From Acidobacteriota bacterium (GTDB lineage: Bacteria > Acidobacteriota > UBA890 > WLXD01): a stretch of DNA of 64,000 bases. This document shows, piece by piece, positions 19,335 to 28,542 of this stretch (position 1 is its first letter; the number at the start of each line of letters is the position of its first letter). The notes under the pieces were generated by a model that worked only from the letters and a program-made list of their open reading frames with translations, was not told where the DNA came from and searched no databases. The DNA lies in assembly GCA_963666055.2 (NCBI GenBank), contig CAXWPH010000014.1, positions 352,001 to 416,000 on the forward strand, in the 5' to 3' direction. The translations under genes were made by a program, and so were the position numbers.

Positions 19335-20510
19335 CTACTGCCCGGCGGACACCGCCGAGACGGCGGGTGCCGGCAGCTGCAGCCGATAACGCACGATCAC
19401 AGTGCGTCCGGCTCGCTGCTCGACCCGAAATACGTGCTCGCCGAGATGAGCATCCCATCCCTGGAACGGCAGCCTCCCGTTTACCATGAGCTCACCATCG
19501 GGGCTGTATACGTCCACCGGAAACTCGGCAACATCGGCGTTCACCACATACGGGAAGACGAATAGCCTGCCCTGGTCATCGGTCTCGATGTCCGCCAGCG
19601 CCGGGAAGTGCTCGGGCCAGATAACATCCGCATCGTCGGCTAGGTTGGCCGCCATCGTGCGCCCGACCCGTTCGGTTCGTCCGGTGGTCTTGGCCACCAG
19701 GTGCTCGGGAATCGGCACACGCGGCCAGGGCGCCTCCAGCACCCAGACAACATCGGCGTTGAGATCGAACGCGGCTACCTCGTAGGTGGCGCTGGCGGTG
19801 GCATACACACGATCGCCTCCTACCACGAACGCCTCTTTCGGCCACAGGTGGATGTCACCGGCGCGATCCTGCTCGAGCACCTTGAATACGGTGAAGCGGC
19901 CGACAACGCTGCCATCCTCGGCAACTAGACTCAGCACTCCGGTGGACAGCTCGTAGGCGACTGTCCGCTCATCACGAATCGGGTGTGGATAGACGATCCC
20001 CGGCGCTGTCTCGACACCACGTAGGTACGTGCCATCGGACGCGAAGGTGGACAGGCGGCCGGGCTCGGAAGGGTCAGGCGACCACTGGGCAATGACCAAG
20101 CCATCATGCCGAGCACCGATCGTCACCAGACTACCCGGCAGTGTGGACTCCAGCACCACCTGGGCGCTTGTCCAGTCGCCCACGGCGATGCCTTGCGGTG
20201 TGAACGCCCCCACCCACACATCAGCGAGCGTATCGAACTTGAAGATTCTACCCCCGGAGCCGACCGCGATGGCCACGGCGTTGGGGAACTGCGGGTCTGC
20301 CGGAGCCACGTCGATCACCAGCTCCTCCACGGTGCCGACGCGAACGCGACCAGGACCCGCGGCCACCACCGCGATGCTGCGACGGGGGACGTCGGCCGCT
20401 ACATAGAGAGCAACCTCGTCGGCGCTCGTATCACCCGCTTCCGTGCCGCCACAAGATATCAATAGTGCCCCAGAGGCAACTATCGACAGTATCGACCACT
20501 TATGTATCAA
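19335..20510 (-). CDS. 6-bladed beta-propeller (NHL/TolB-like) lipoprotein
   Basis: Lipobox LLIS-C; propeller-like blades (DIETDDQGRLFV, VDVYSPDGELM); TTG start with G-rich RBS. Confidence 0.7.
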   Translation of the reverse strand: MIHKWSILSIVASGALLISCGGTEAGDTSADEVALYVAADVPRRSIAVVAAGPGRVRVGTVEELVIDVAPADPQFPNAVAIAVGSGGRIFKFDTLADVWVGAFTPQGIAVGDWTSAQVVLESTLPGSLVTIGARHDGLVIAQWSPDPSEPGRLSTFASDGTYLRGVETAPGIVYPHPIRDERTVAYELSTGVLSLVAEDGSVVGRFTVFKVLEQDRAGDIHLWPKEAFVVGGDRVYATASATYEVAAFDLNADVVWVLEAPWPRVPIPEHLVAKTTGRTERVGRTMAANLADDADVIWPEHFPALADIETDDQGRLFVFPYVVNADVAEFPVDVYSPDGELMVNGRLPFQGWDAHLGEHVFRVEQRAGRTVIVRYRLQLPAPAVSAVSAGQ

Positions 20511-20572
20511 GTATCCCCCTTACAGACCCAAGGGAATAGTTTAGCTAGCTCGTGGTGCTTGAAGGAAGCCCG

Positions 20573-20616
20573 AAGAAAATAAAGCGGGGGTACCCGATTG
20601 ACAGCCGGGCACCCCC
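20573..20616 (-). terminator. Rho-independent terminator after the peptide genes
   Basis: Minus strand: GGGGGTGCCCG-loop-CGGGTACCCCC followed by GCTTTATTTTCTT. Confidence 0.75.
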
Positions 20617-20655
20617 ATATGTTCAGCTCCGATTGCTCGGAGCACAGGTACCGCT

Positions 20656-20826
20656 CTAGCGGCACGATCTCCAGCAGCCCGATACGGATCCGCCCGATGC
20701 GATGCAGGCTCTCATACACGAGCGCGGACCTGCCTCGGCCGGGGCGACGCTCAGCTGAAGTATGCCGAGAGCCATAACGGTGCCGAAGAGTAGCGTTGCC
20801 GCAATACGCAGCGTTCGCCTAGTCAT
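20656..20826 (-). CDS. Secreted Cys-rich peptide 1 (56 aa: 32-aa signal + GPRSCMRACIASGGSVSGCWRSCR)
   Basis: GGAG RBS, basic N-region, hydrophobic core, A-E-A cleavage site; paralog next door. Confidence 0.8.
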   Translation of the reverse strand: MTRRTLRIAATLLFGTVMALGILQLSVAPAEAGPRSCMRACIASGGSVSGCWRSCR

Positions 20827-21035
20827 CCTCATTACTCCGGGGAGAGGGACCCTCGATGGAGGGACCCGATGAGGTTTGGAAGACTTCACAGGTGTTGGGT
20901 CATTCCCCCTTCGGCACAGCTATTCGGGGAGGCAAACAGTCGCACGGCCGATCACCACATCAGCTGCCCGCGGTTGTGCCTACCGCGGGGCACCCCCGTC
21001 AGCTCAACTCCGATTGCTCGGAGCACAGCGCACTG

Positions 21036-21205
21036 CTATCGGCAACTCCTGACGCAGCCCGCTGGGCCACCGCCATCGCGATACAGGCCGCGACGCACGA
21101 GTCTCCGGCGGCCAGGGCCGGCGCGGCGCTCAGCTGAACGATGCCGAGAGCCACAGCGGCGCCGAAAAGCAGGGTTGCTGCAATGCGCAGCGTTCGCTTG
21201 GTCAT
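21036..21205 (-). pseudogene. Secreted Cys-rich peptide 2 with a 1-nt deletion near 21078 (repaired core AGDSCVAACIADGGGPAGCVRSCR); pseudogene or sequencing error
   Basis: Signal peptide is near-identical to copy 1; adding 1 nt restores the same 56-aa length, Cys spacing and RSCR-stop end. Confidence 0.75.
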
Positions 21206-21337
21206 CCTCTCTACTCCGGGGAGGGGCCCCCTCGATGAAGGAACCCGATGAGGAATAGAACACTTCACAGGTGTCGGGTCATTCCCCCTTTGGCACAGCT
21301 ATCGGGGAGGCAAATGGTCGCGCGGCCGATTGCCACA

Positions 21338-22006
21338 TCAGCCGCCCGCGGTTGTGCCAACCGCAGGGACCTCGCAGCAACCAGGGTCTGCGCCAGGCGA
21401 CCCGGACAGAGCGCTTGTGGTCAGCACCTGGTGGTCGAGAGCGTCAAGTAGCTCGGCAACGTCAAGTTCGCTCAGCGCCCCGGACCAGATGCGCTGCACG
21501 ACGGTGTCGGCGCCTACCAGGATTGTCAGTGGAACCAGCGGTACCCTCAGCTCGGCACTCGCGACGAGCGGCTCCTCGGGAACCCACAGCGGCCAAGCCA
21601 CCCCCAGCTCCAGCGCGTAGGCGCGCGTCGCTTCTGCATCATCGAGGGAGACGCCGACAAACGGCACGTCGCTTGCCGCAAACGCCCGAGCAACCTCGCC
21701 CCAGGCGGGCAGCGTCTCCTTGCCGAACGGACACGTCGTAGTAAGAAACGCGATCACCCCACCGTGCGGCACCAGGTCGGCCAGCGTTGCCGGCCGACCG
21801 TCGAGATCGCTGAGCGACACGATCGGTAACTCGTCGCCAGGCTGCATCGAGGGGCCCAGCATCGACGATCGGGCGCGCAGCTGGGCGATCTCGCTCTCGA
21901 GCTCACGGTTCTCCGTGGCGAGCGACCACATCACGTAGGCAACGCCCATCGACAGGGTCAGCAACAGCGCACTGCCGGCCCATTCGGGCATACGCAACCG
22001 GAGCAT
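21338..22006 (-). CDS. Membrane-anchored thioredoxin-fold (TlpA/peroxiredoxin-like) protein
   Basis: N-terminal TM + coiled coil; PGDELP, DLDG, FLTTTCPFG, FVGVSLD, VPLT (cis-Pro); C-terminal GCC. Confidence 0.8.
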   Translation of the reverse strand: MLRLRMPEWAGSALLLTLSMGVAYVMWSLATENRELESEIAQLRARSSMLGPSMQPGDELPIVSLSDLDGRPATLADLVPHGGVIAFLTTTCPFGKETLPAWGEVARAFAASDVPFVGVSLDDAEATRAYALELGVAWPLWVPEEPLVASAELRVPLVPLTILVGADTVVQRIWSGALSELDVAELLDALDHQVLTTSALSGSPGADPGCCEVPAVGTTAGG

Positions 22007-22317
22007 GGTTCTCTAGCCCTCCCCGGACTCGCTGGGTCTAGCAAGCCCGAACAGCGTACCGAGCTGTCTCAAGTTGTAGTTCCTCTGAAAATCGAGTCTC
22101 GATGACTCACAATGGCGCCAGCAAGCAATCGCTCGTTCGCCAGGTTTGACTCCCGCTTCTAACAGGCGTCACGATGAGGTTTCTGGCAAACCCACACCCA
22201 AGGAACAGCCTGCGTGGCGAATTTCCGAAGCTGTAGGTGCGAATCCTTGGCGCCGCCCCGGCGACACACATCAAAGCAAAGGCCGAACACGGCCTCGCCG
22301 GGCCCTTGAGCTGAGCC

Positions 22318-23220
22318 ATGGTCGACGACCTCACGACGGTCATCTGGCTGGCCGCGGCCGGTCGCTGGCTCGCCTACGCGTGCACGCTCTGGATCGGTGG
22401 CACTGTCCTGGCGGAGCTCTTGCTGGTCGGCGCGAACGTCGACATCGGAGCAATGGACCGCCGACTCGCCGGGCCAGCAATTGCCGCCGCCGCCGGGTTG
22501 GTGGCACTGCGCACCGGCCTGCTTTGGGCACAGGCATGGCTACTGTTCGCGCTCGATGAACCGGTTACGTTCGAGCTCGTGCGAGTGGTGGCAATGCGGA
22601 CGAGTTGGGGGACCGGATGGCGATGCCAGGTGGCCGCCGGGATCGTGGCACTGATCGGCTTTGCACTCCGTCGGGGCGGAGCATCCGCCGGGCGCTTGGT
22701 GGCCGCGGTCGGCTGCGCCGGCGCGGCACTGAGCGTGCCGCTGACCGGGCACGCCGTGGAGCAAGGGTGGCTGAGCGTACCGGTCGGAACACAGATGCTG
22801 CATGTGGTCGGGGCCACCGCCTGGATCGGCACGCTAGCGGTGCTGGCGGCGCTGCTCCTCCGCCCCGGCGCGGCAGTCACCCACGACGAGGTGGCACGCG
22901 CCATTCAGCGTTTTTCGCCGCTGGCGCTGACCGCAGCCGCGACGCTGGTGCTCACCGGCGTCACCACCTCGTGGTTCTACGTGGGCGAGATCAAGGCGCT
23001 CTGGACAACGGTGTACGGGCAAACGCTGGTGCTCAAGGCTCTGCTGTTCGTCGCCATCGGGTCAATTGGCTACATCAACTGGCGACGGATACGCCCGCAG
23101 CTCGGTACCAGCGCCGGCACCGATCGCCTGCGCCGCAGCGTCGCCGTCGAGCTAACCTGGGCGACCGTGCTCCTGCTGGTCACCGCGGTGCTGGTGGCGT
23201 TGCCGATGCCGATGGGCTGA
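22318..23220 (+). CDS. CopD-family copper resistance membrane protein
   Basis: LTGHA, LHVVGATAWIG, RFSPLA, YGQTLVLK, VAVE. Confidence 0.85.
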   Translation: MVDDLTTVIWLAAAGRWLAYACTLWIGGTVLAELLLVGANVDIGAMDRRLAGPAIAAAAGLVALRTGLLWAQAWLLFALDEPVTFELVRVVAMRTSWGTGWRCQVAAGIVALIGFALRRGGASAGRLVAAVGCAGAALSVPLTGHAVEQGWLSVPVGTQMLHVVGATAWIGTLAVLAALLLRPGAAVTHDEVARAIQRFSPLALTAAATLVLTGVTTSWFYVGEIKALWTTVYGQTLVLKALLFVAIGSIGYINWRRIRPQLGTSAGTDRLRRSVAVELTWATVLLLVTAVLVALPMPMG

Positions 23221-23366
23221 TTCGACGCGGATCGGCGCGCGATATCATCGTCTCGAACGGACGCGAGGTCCTTCCAACACCAGCACAGGCGCCCGAGGAG
23301 GTCATCATCAACGACGAACGCGAGCCCCCGCGCGTCACCGTCAACCCGGTCACGGAACAGCTGGAG

Positions 23367-23600
23367 ATGGAATATCCATGCCAGTGGCTCTACAAGCTGA
23401 TCGGCGCTGACGAGACCTCGCTACGGCAGGCTGTTCTCGAGGTCATCGACGTGCAGGAAGTGACAATCGAGCTGTCCAACACCAGCTCCGGCGGCAACTA
23501 CGTGTCGATCAACGTCGCGGTCCGGGTTTCCAACGCCAACCAACGCACTGGGTTCTACGAATCGCTGCGAGCGCATCGATCCGTCCGCATGGTGCTCTGA
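23367..23600 (+). CDS. DUF493/YbeD (HP0495)-family protein; may start further upstream
   Basis: EYPCQWLYKLIG...SSGGNYVS...VRMVL. Confidence 0.8.
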   Translation: MEYPCQWLYKLIGADETSLRQAVLEVIDVQEVTIELSNTSSGGNYVSINVAVRVSNANQRTGFYESLRAHRSVRMVL

Positions 23601-23658
23601 GTCAGCACCGGCGCGGCGCTCTGCAGGAACCGGGATTCGTAACTCCCAGGAGCACGAT

Positions 23659-25545
23659 TCAGGCGACGCCTTCCGACCCTGTCGGTTTTCCGATGTACCG
23701 CGCGACCACGTAGATCGCCGCCGCCCCCGCCAACATTCCGACCCACCAGGGCATTCCGAACCCGCTCGGCAGCGTGCCCAGCCCCACGGCCACCGTGCCC
23801 ACCAGCAAGGCGTACGGCATCTGCGTACGCACGTGCTCGATGTGATCGCAGCCCGACGCCATCGAAGACAGGATGGTGGTGTCGGAGATCGGCGAGCAAT
23901 GGTCCCCGAGCACCGCACCCGCCAGGACACACGACACGGACGAGTACAGAATGTGCATCTGACTCTGGGCGCCCGCGGCGCTCAACACGGCCCAAACGAG
24001 CGGCACGACGAGCGGCATGAGGATTCCCATCGTCGCCCAGCTCGACCCGGTCGAGAACGCCGTGGCGCCAGCGAGAATGAACACCAGCGACGGCACCACA
24101 GCCGGCGTCAGCGAATCGCCGAGGATCGTGACCAGGTAGCTCGCTGTCTGGAGTCCGCCGGAAACAGCGGCGAGTGACCACGCCAACACCAGGATGATCA
24201 TCGCGAAGAGCATCTGCTTGAGCCCTGCGTACCAGGCGTCGACGATCTCCGTCAGGGTCAGGATGCGCTGACCGATCGTCATTGCAACTGCCACCATAGT
24301 GCCCAGCAGCGAGCCCCACATCAGCGCCGTGTTGGAGTCGGCGGTGCCAATGATGTCGCGAATCGAATCGCCGGTACCGGTGGCGTAGAGTCCGCCGATT
24401 ACCCCGAAGATGAGCACCGCCAACGGGACCATCGAATTGATGGCGCGTATCGGGCGGCCCTCCTTGAGCCGCAGCTCGGTGGCATTGGCCGCCGCCGCGT
24501 CGTCGACCTTGGCGCCGGGTCCCAGAACCTGGCCGGTCGTGCGGGCTCGCGTCTCGGCCGCGTGCATGGGTCCGAAATCGCGGCGCAAGCCGGCTACGGT
24601 GAACACCATGAACATGGTCAGGAACGGATAGTAGCTGTAGGCAATCGAGTTGAGGAAGATTGCGTAGCTCGACACCTGTATTGCAGGGATCGACGCGATC
24701 GCGGTATCGATCAGACCTACCTGATAGCCGATCCAGGTAGACACCAACGCCACGCAGGCGACCGGGGCGGCAGTCGAGTCGACGATGTAGGCGAGCTTCT
24801 CGCGCGATATCTTCAGGCGATCGGTTACCTGCCGCATGGTGTTGCCGACCACCAGCGTGTTGGTGTAGTCGTCGAAGAAAATCGCCACGCCGAGAGCGCC
24901 GGTGGTGAGTTGCCCGCGGCGCCGGTCGGTGGCAAAGCGCACGATGATGTTGACCACACCCTGCATTCCACCATTCTTGATAACGATACCGACCATGCCG
25001 CCGATCATGAACGAGAACAGCAGGATCTGCGCCTGGCTGGGAGTCGAGACGGCGCCCAGCACGTAGACCGCATAGGTATCGAGCAGGCCGCGGAAGATTC
25101 CCCCCGGCCCGAACCCGACCAACGCCGTGGCGCCAAACCACAACCCGAAGAACAGCGCCGGGATCACCTGCTTGAACGTCAACGCCACGGCAATCGCCAG
25201 CAGCGCCGGAACCACCGAAATCCAGCCCGGCAACACTCGCACATCGACGGTGGCCACCACTGTCCCGGCGGACACCAACTCCAACCGGGAATCGCCACGT
25301 TGCAGCGTCACATCGACGAAAGTCGCCGTGTCACCGTCGACGCTCGCCTGATAAACGTCTCCGCCGGCGCGCAGAACCAGCCCCGGCAGAGCATCGGGTG
25401 GGCCGGTAGCGGCAACCTGCGTCGGCACTCCGACGAGCGCCACAGCGGGCGGCTGCAACGCATAGTCGGCCTCTTGAGCGAGCGCCGGCACTGCGGTGAG
25501 AAGAAAACAGAGGGCAGCGAGCGAGCTCAGGCAGATACGCGACAA
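23659..25545 (-). CDS. Na+/H+ antiporter NhaC-family protein with N-terminal soluble extension
   Basis: IFFDDY, LAYIVDSTAAP, FSTGSSWATM, GDHCSPISDTTILSS, HVRTQMPY. Confidence 0.9.
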   Translation of the reverse strand: MSRICLSSLAALCFLLTAVPALAQEADYALQPPAVALVGVPTQVAATGPPDALPGLVLRAGGDVYQASVDGDTATFVDVTLQRGDSRLELVSAGTVVATVDVRVLPGWISVVPALLAIAVALTFKQVIPALFFGLWFGATALVGFGPGGIFRGLLDTYAVYVLGAVSTPSQAQILLFSFMIGGMVGIVIKNGGMQGVVNIIVRFATDRRRGQLTTGALGVAIFFDDYTNTLVVGNTMRQVTDRLKISREKLAYIVDSTAAPVACVALVSTWIGYQVGLIDTAIASIPAIQVSSYAIFLNSIAYSYYPFLTMFMVFTVAGLRRDFGPMHAAETRARTTGQVLGPGAKVDDAAAANATELRLKEGRPIRAINSMVPLAVLIFGVIGGLYATGTGDSIRDIIGTADSNTALMWGSLLGTMVAVAMTIGQRILTLTEIVDAWYAGLKQMLFAMIILVLAWSLAAVSGGLQTASYLVTILGDSLTPAVVPSLVFILAGATAFSTGSSWATMGILMPLVVPLVWAVLSAAGAQSQMHILYSSVSCVLAGAVLGDHCSPISDTTILSSMASGCDHIEHVRTQMPYALLVGTVAVGLGTLPSGFGMPWWVGMLAGAAAIYVVARYIGKPTGSEGVA

Positions 25546-25597
25546 GGGCAGTCGTTCCTCGCAGGGGTGACGATCGGTCCGCCGAATATAGTGCCTT

Positions 25598-26206
25598 TCA
25601 GAAGCTCAGCACCAGCCCAACCGACATCTCGAAGTTATGTACGGTCTTGTCGGCAGTCAGGCCGAGCAGCGGTAACACGTCCGGATCGATCTTGTCGATC
25701 TTGAGCGGGGTGATGTGGTCACGCACGTCGATGCGCGCCGCCAACGCGCCAAGTCCGAGCTTCACGCCGGCGCCGATGTTGTAGCCCAAGGTGGTGTAAT
25801 TGTCGGCATCGATGACGTCGAACGACAGCCGGTGGTATCCGATGCCGCCCGCCAGAAAGGGGCCTACCGGACCGGGAATCAGCTTGATTGCCAGGGCAAT
25901 CTCGGCATACGTGATACTCGAGCCGATGTGCCCGGGGGTGTCAACGAACAGATCAATCGGACTGTAGAGAATCGCTCCTTCGCCTTGCAACAGGATCGCT
26001 CCCAGCGACACGCGGGCACCGTATATTCCGGCATCGCCAAAGCCCAGGGCAACCCCGTTATCGGCGGCGTCGAGCAGGTCGTCGCCGACGACGCGGCCGA
26101 CAGTCAGCGCGATTTCCTGTGCGGCGACCGCGGCGGGGCTCAGCAGTGCCCCCAGAAGTACCGCGAAGAAAACCACGCGGACGAACGTTGTGTGCGCAGA
26201 GCCCAT
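25598..26206 (-). CDS. Outer-membrane beta-barrel protein
   Basis: Signal peptide, alternating amphipathic strands, C-terminal Phe (GLVLSF). Confidence 0.75.
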   Translation of the reverse strand: MGSAHTTFVRVVFFAVLLGALLSPAAVAAQEIALTVGRVVGDDLLDAADNGVALGFGDAGIYGARVSLGAILLQGEGAILYSPIDLFVDTPGHIGSSITYAEIALAIKLIPGPVGPFLAGGIGYHRLSFDVIDADNYTTLGYNIGAGVKLGLGALAARIDVRDHITPLKIDKIDPDVLPLLGLTADKTVHNFEMSVGLVLSF

Positions 26207-26296
26207 CACCCACCCCCAAACCTAGCTACTCGTGATCAGAGCCCCCCAACAAGGAATATTGTCTCGGATCCAACCCCACCTGTCATGCCATCGGCT

Positions 26297-26879
26297 ATGA
26301 AAGATGATCGTCTTTGTCCCCAGCACCCTGGTTGCCCGACAGCTGCGGAGCTCCCGACCCTTTACTCCGCCACCCTCAGACAGCCTCCAATCGAGGTCGA
26401 GCTTCACCCGGGTCAACCGTTAGCCGGTTCCGGGCGCGCCGTGAGCAGCCCAGCGCCGCGCCTTCAGACCATCGACGTGGCGGCGAAGTTCCTCTTCCAG
26501 GCCGGCGTAATCGACGACGATGATCTCGCAAGAATAGTTGTGGCCAGATTGTCTGGGGGCGTTTTGCCTCGTCGGGGCGCCCGTGTAGCTTCACTCGCAA
26601 ACAGGGCGGCGAGGGCGCCGCGCAGATGGGAGCTGTCGATCGTCCGCATTGAGCCATCGGGCAAGCGCAAGACGCTGGCCAGGCGCACCATAAACGAGGC
26701 CGAGGACGCAACCATCGAGGCGCAGTTCGAGATCACCGTGGGCAAGCTCACCGGAGGCCCCGATGGCTCCCAGGTCTTCGCCGTGATCCGCGGCCGCCGT
26801 GATCCGCGGCCGGCGTGGCACCGTGGAGGCTGGCGAGACACTCGAGCTTACGGTCAAGCTAGGCATCGCGGATTCTTGA
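26297..26879 (+). pseudogene. Hypothetical protein frameshifted by a 16-bp tandem duplication at 26780-26811
   Basis: Coding-like ORF. GCCGTGATCCGCGGCC occurs twice; removing one copy gives ...FAVIRGRRGTVEAGETLELTVKLGIADS-stop. Confidence 0.5.
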
Positions 26880-27081
26880 CTTGGGCCTGTCATGCTGCGG
26901 TGCTCCAGACTCCGCACCCAGCGTGAATCCCAGGGTGCGTATAGGGTGCAGAATGAGCACCCGAACGCGGCACCAATCCCCGTAACTGTTGGGGTTTCAG
27001 GGGTTGCGAGCCCGCGAAATTCAACCATCGGCTAAAGTAGCCGGCGGGCGTGTCCGCGCCCCATTGTCGACGGAGAATCCG

Positions 27082-28521
27082 ATGGTCCGCACACCGCTGC
27101 TCTCGATCGTACTCCTGACCGGTCTGGTCGCTCCTGCCGAGGCGCGCCCACAAGCCTCCGCCCCGCCGCCGCCCGCCGTCGACCCGCGTATCTATGAGCT
27201 CGTCGACGCGACCTCTGCCGACCGCGTCGAGGCGGATATCCGGCGCCTGGTTGGCTTCGGCACCCGTCACACGATGTCGGAGACGGAGTCGCAAACCCGG
27301 GGCATCGGCGCCGCACGCCGCTGGATCAAGGCCGAGCTCGACAATATCTCGGAACAGTGCACCGGCTGCCTCGAGGTGAGCTTCCAACGCTACCTGCAAG
27401 AGGGTGGCCCTAACACCCGCATCCCCACCGATACCGAGATCGTCAACGTCGTTACGATTCTTCGCGGCACGGTGCACCCGAACCGTTACGTGATCATGAG
27501 TGGCGACATCGACTCGCGAGTGTCCGACGGGCTCGACGCCACCAGCGATTCACCCGGCGCCAACGACAACGCTTCCGGACTGGCAGGCACCATCGAAGCG
27601 GCGCGCGTTCTGTCGCGCTACAAGTACGGGTCGAGCATCATCCTAGTGGGGCTGTCCGGAGAGGAGCAGGGCCTATTCGGTGGCCGCCATATGGCGGCCG
27701 TGGCTCGGGCCGAGGGCTGGGATATCGTCGGCATCCTGAACAACGACATGATCGGCAACATCGAGGGCGTCGACGGGGTCATTTCCAACGACACCTTCCG
27801 GGTGTTTTCCGAGCCTACGCCGGTCACCGAGTCGGAGGAGACCCGGCGGCGCAGGCGCACCACCGGTGGCGAGGTCGACGGAGTCTCGCGACAGCTCGCC
27901 CGGTATGTGGCGCGCATAACCGATCTCTACATGACCAACCTGCGGGCCATCATGATCTATCGGCTGGACCGTTTTGGTCGCGGCGGCCACCACCGTCCGT
28001 TCAACGACGCCGGGTTTGCCGGCGTACGCATCATGGAGACGCATGAGAACTACACGCGCCAGCACCAGGACCTGCGCATTGAGGACGGTATCCGCTACGG
28101 CGACGTGATCGAGGGGGTCAACTTCGACTACGCACGCAAGCTGACCGCGGTGAACATTGCGTCGCTGGCAGCGCTTGCCTGGGCGCCGCCTCAACCAGCG
28201 GAGGTGGCGATCTCCGGCGCGGTGCGCCCCGCCGCAACGTTGCGCTGGCTTCGCGGCGACTCGCCGCTGGTCGCCGGATACAAGCTCTACTGGCGCGAGA
28301 CCACGGCACCCCAGTGGCAGAAATCACGCTGGGTCGGCAACGGCAACGCCTGTAGCTTCGAGTCGACGGCGGCTGATGACTGCCGCGAATACACCCTCGA
28401 CGGGCTGGTAATCGACAATTTCCTGTTCGGCGTTGCCGCCGTGGGACGCGATGGCAACGAGAGCGTCGTCGTATTTCCAGGCGCCTCGGCGCAGCTCACG
28501 CCGCCACGATTCCGGCGTTAG
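27082..28521 (+). CDS. M28-family metallopeptidase with C-terminal FN3-like domain
   Basis: Signal peptide; GDIDSR, PGANDNASG, SGEEQG, NNDMIG, GRGGHH. Confidence 0.9.
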   Translation: MVRTPLLSIVLLTGLVAPAEARPQASAPPPPAVDPRIYELVDATSADRVEADIRRLVGFGTRHTMSETESQTRGIGAARRWIKAELDNISEQCTGCLEVSFQRYLQEGGPNTRIPTDTEIVNVVTILRGTVHPNRYVIMSGDIDSRVSDGLDATSDSPGANDNASGLAGTIEAARVLSRYKYGSSIILVGLSGEEQGLFGGRHMAAVARAEGWDIVGILNNDMIGNIEGVDGVISNDTFRVFSEPTPVTESEETRRRRRTTGGEVDGVSRQLARYVARITDLYMTNLRAIMIYRLDRFGRGGHHRPFNDAGFAGVRIMETHENYTRQHQDLRIEDGIRYGDVIEGVNFDYARKLTAVNIASLAALAWAPPQPAEVAISGAVRPAATLRWLRGDSPLVAGYKLYWRETTAPQWQKSRWVGNGNACSFESTAADDCREYTLDGLVIDNFLFGVAAVGRDGNESVVVFPGASAQLTPPRFRR

Positions 28522-28542
28522 CGGACCGGCGGCAGATTGATC

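Larger units (their letters stand above)
20607..21368. repeat. Diverged tandem duplication of a ~380-bp unit (about 20607-20990 and 20988-21368)
   Basis: Each unit has a terminator half (GGGCACCCCC), the peptide gene, ~130 bp of upstream sequence and the last ~10 codons of the thioredoxin-fold gene. Confidence 0.9.

Noticed and set aside
20800-20826. Tat signal in peptide 1 (TRRTL)
   Set aside because: Copy 2 has TKRTL and the consensus F-L-K is missing; Sec export is more likely.
22050-22317. Riboswitch (GGCAAACC resembles c-di-GMP-I) in the tlpA/copD intergenic region
   Set aside because: The downstream GAAA loop and GCAAAGC elements and stems do not fit.
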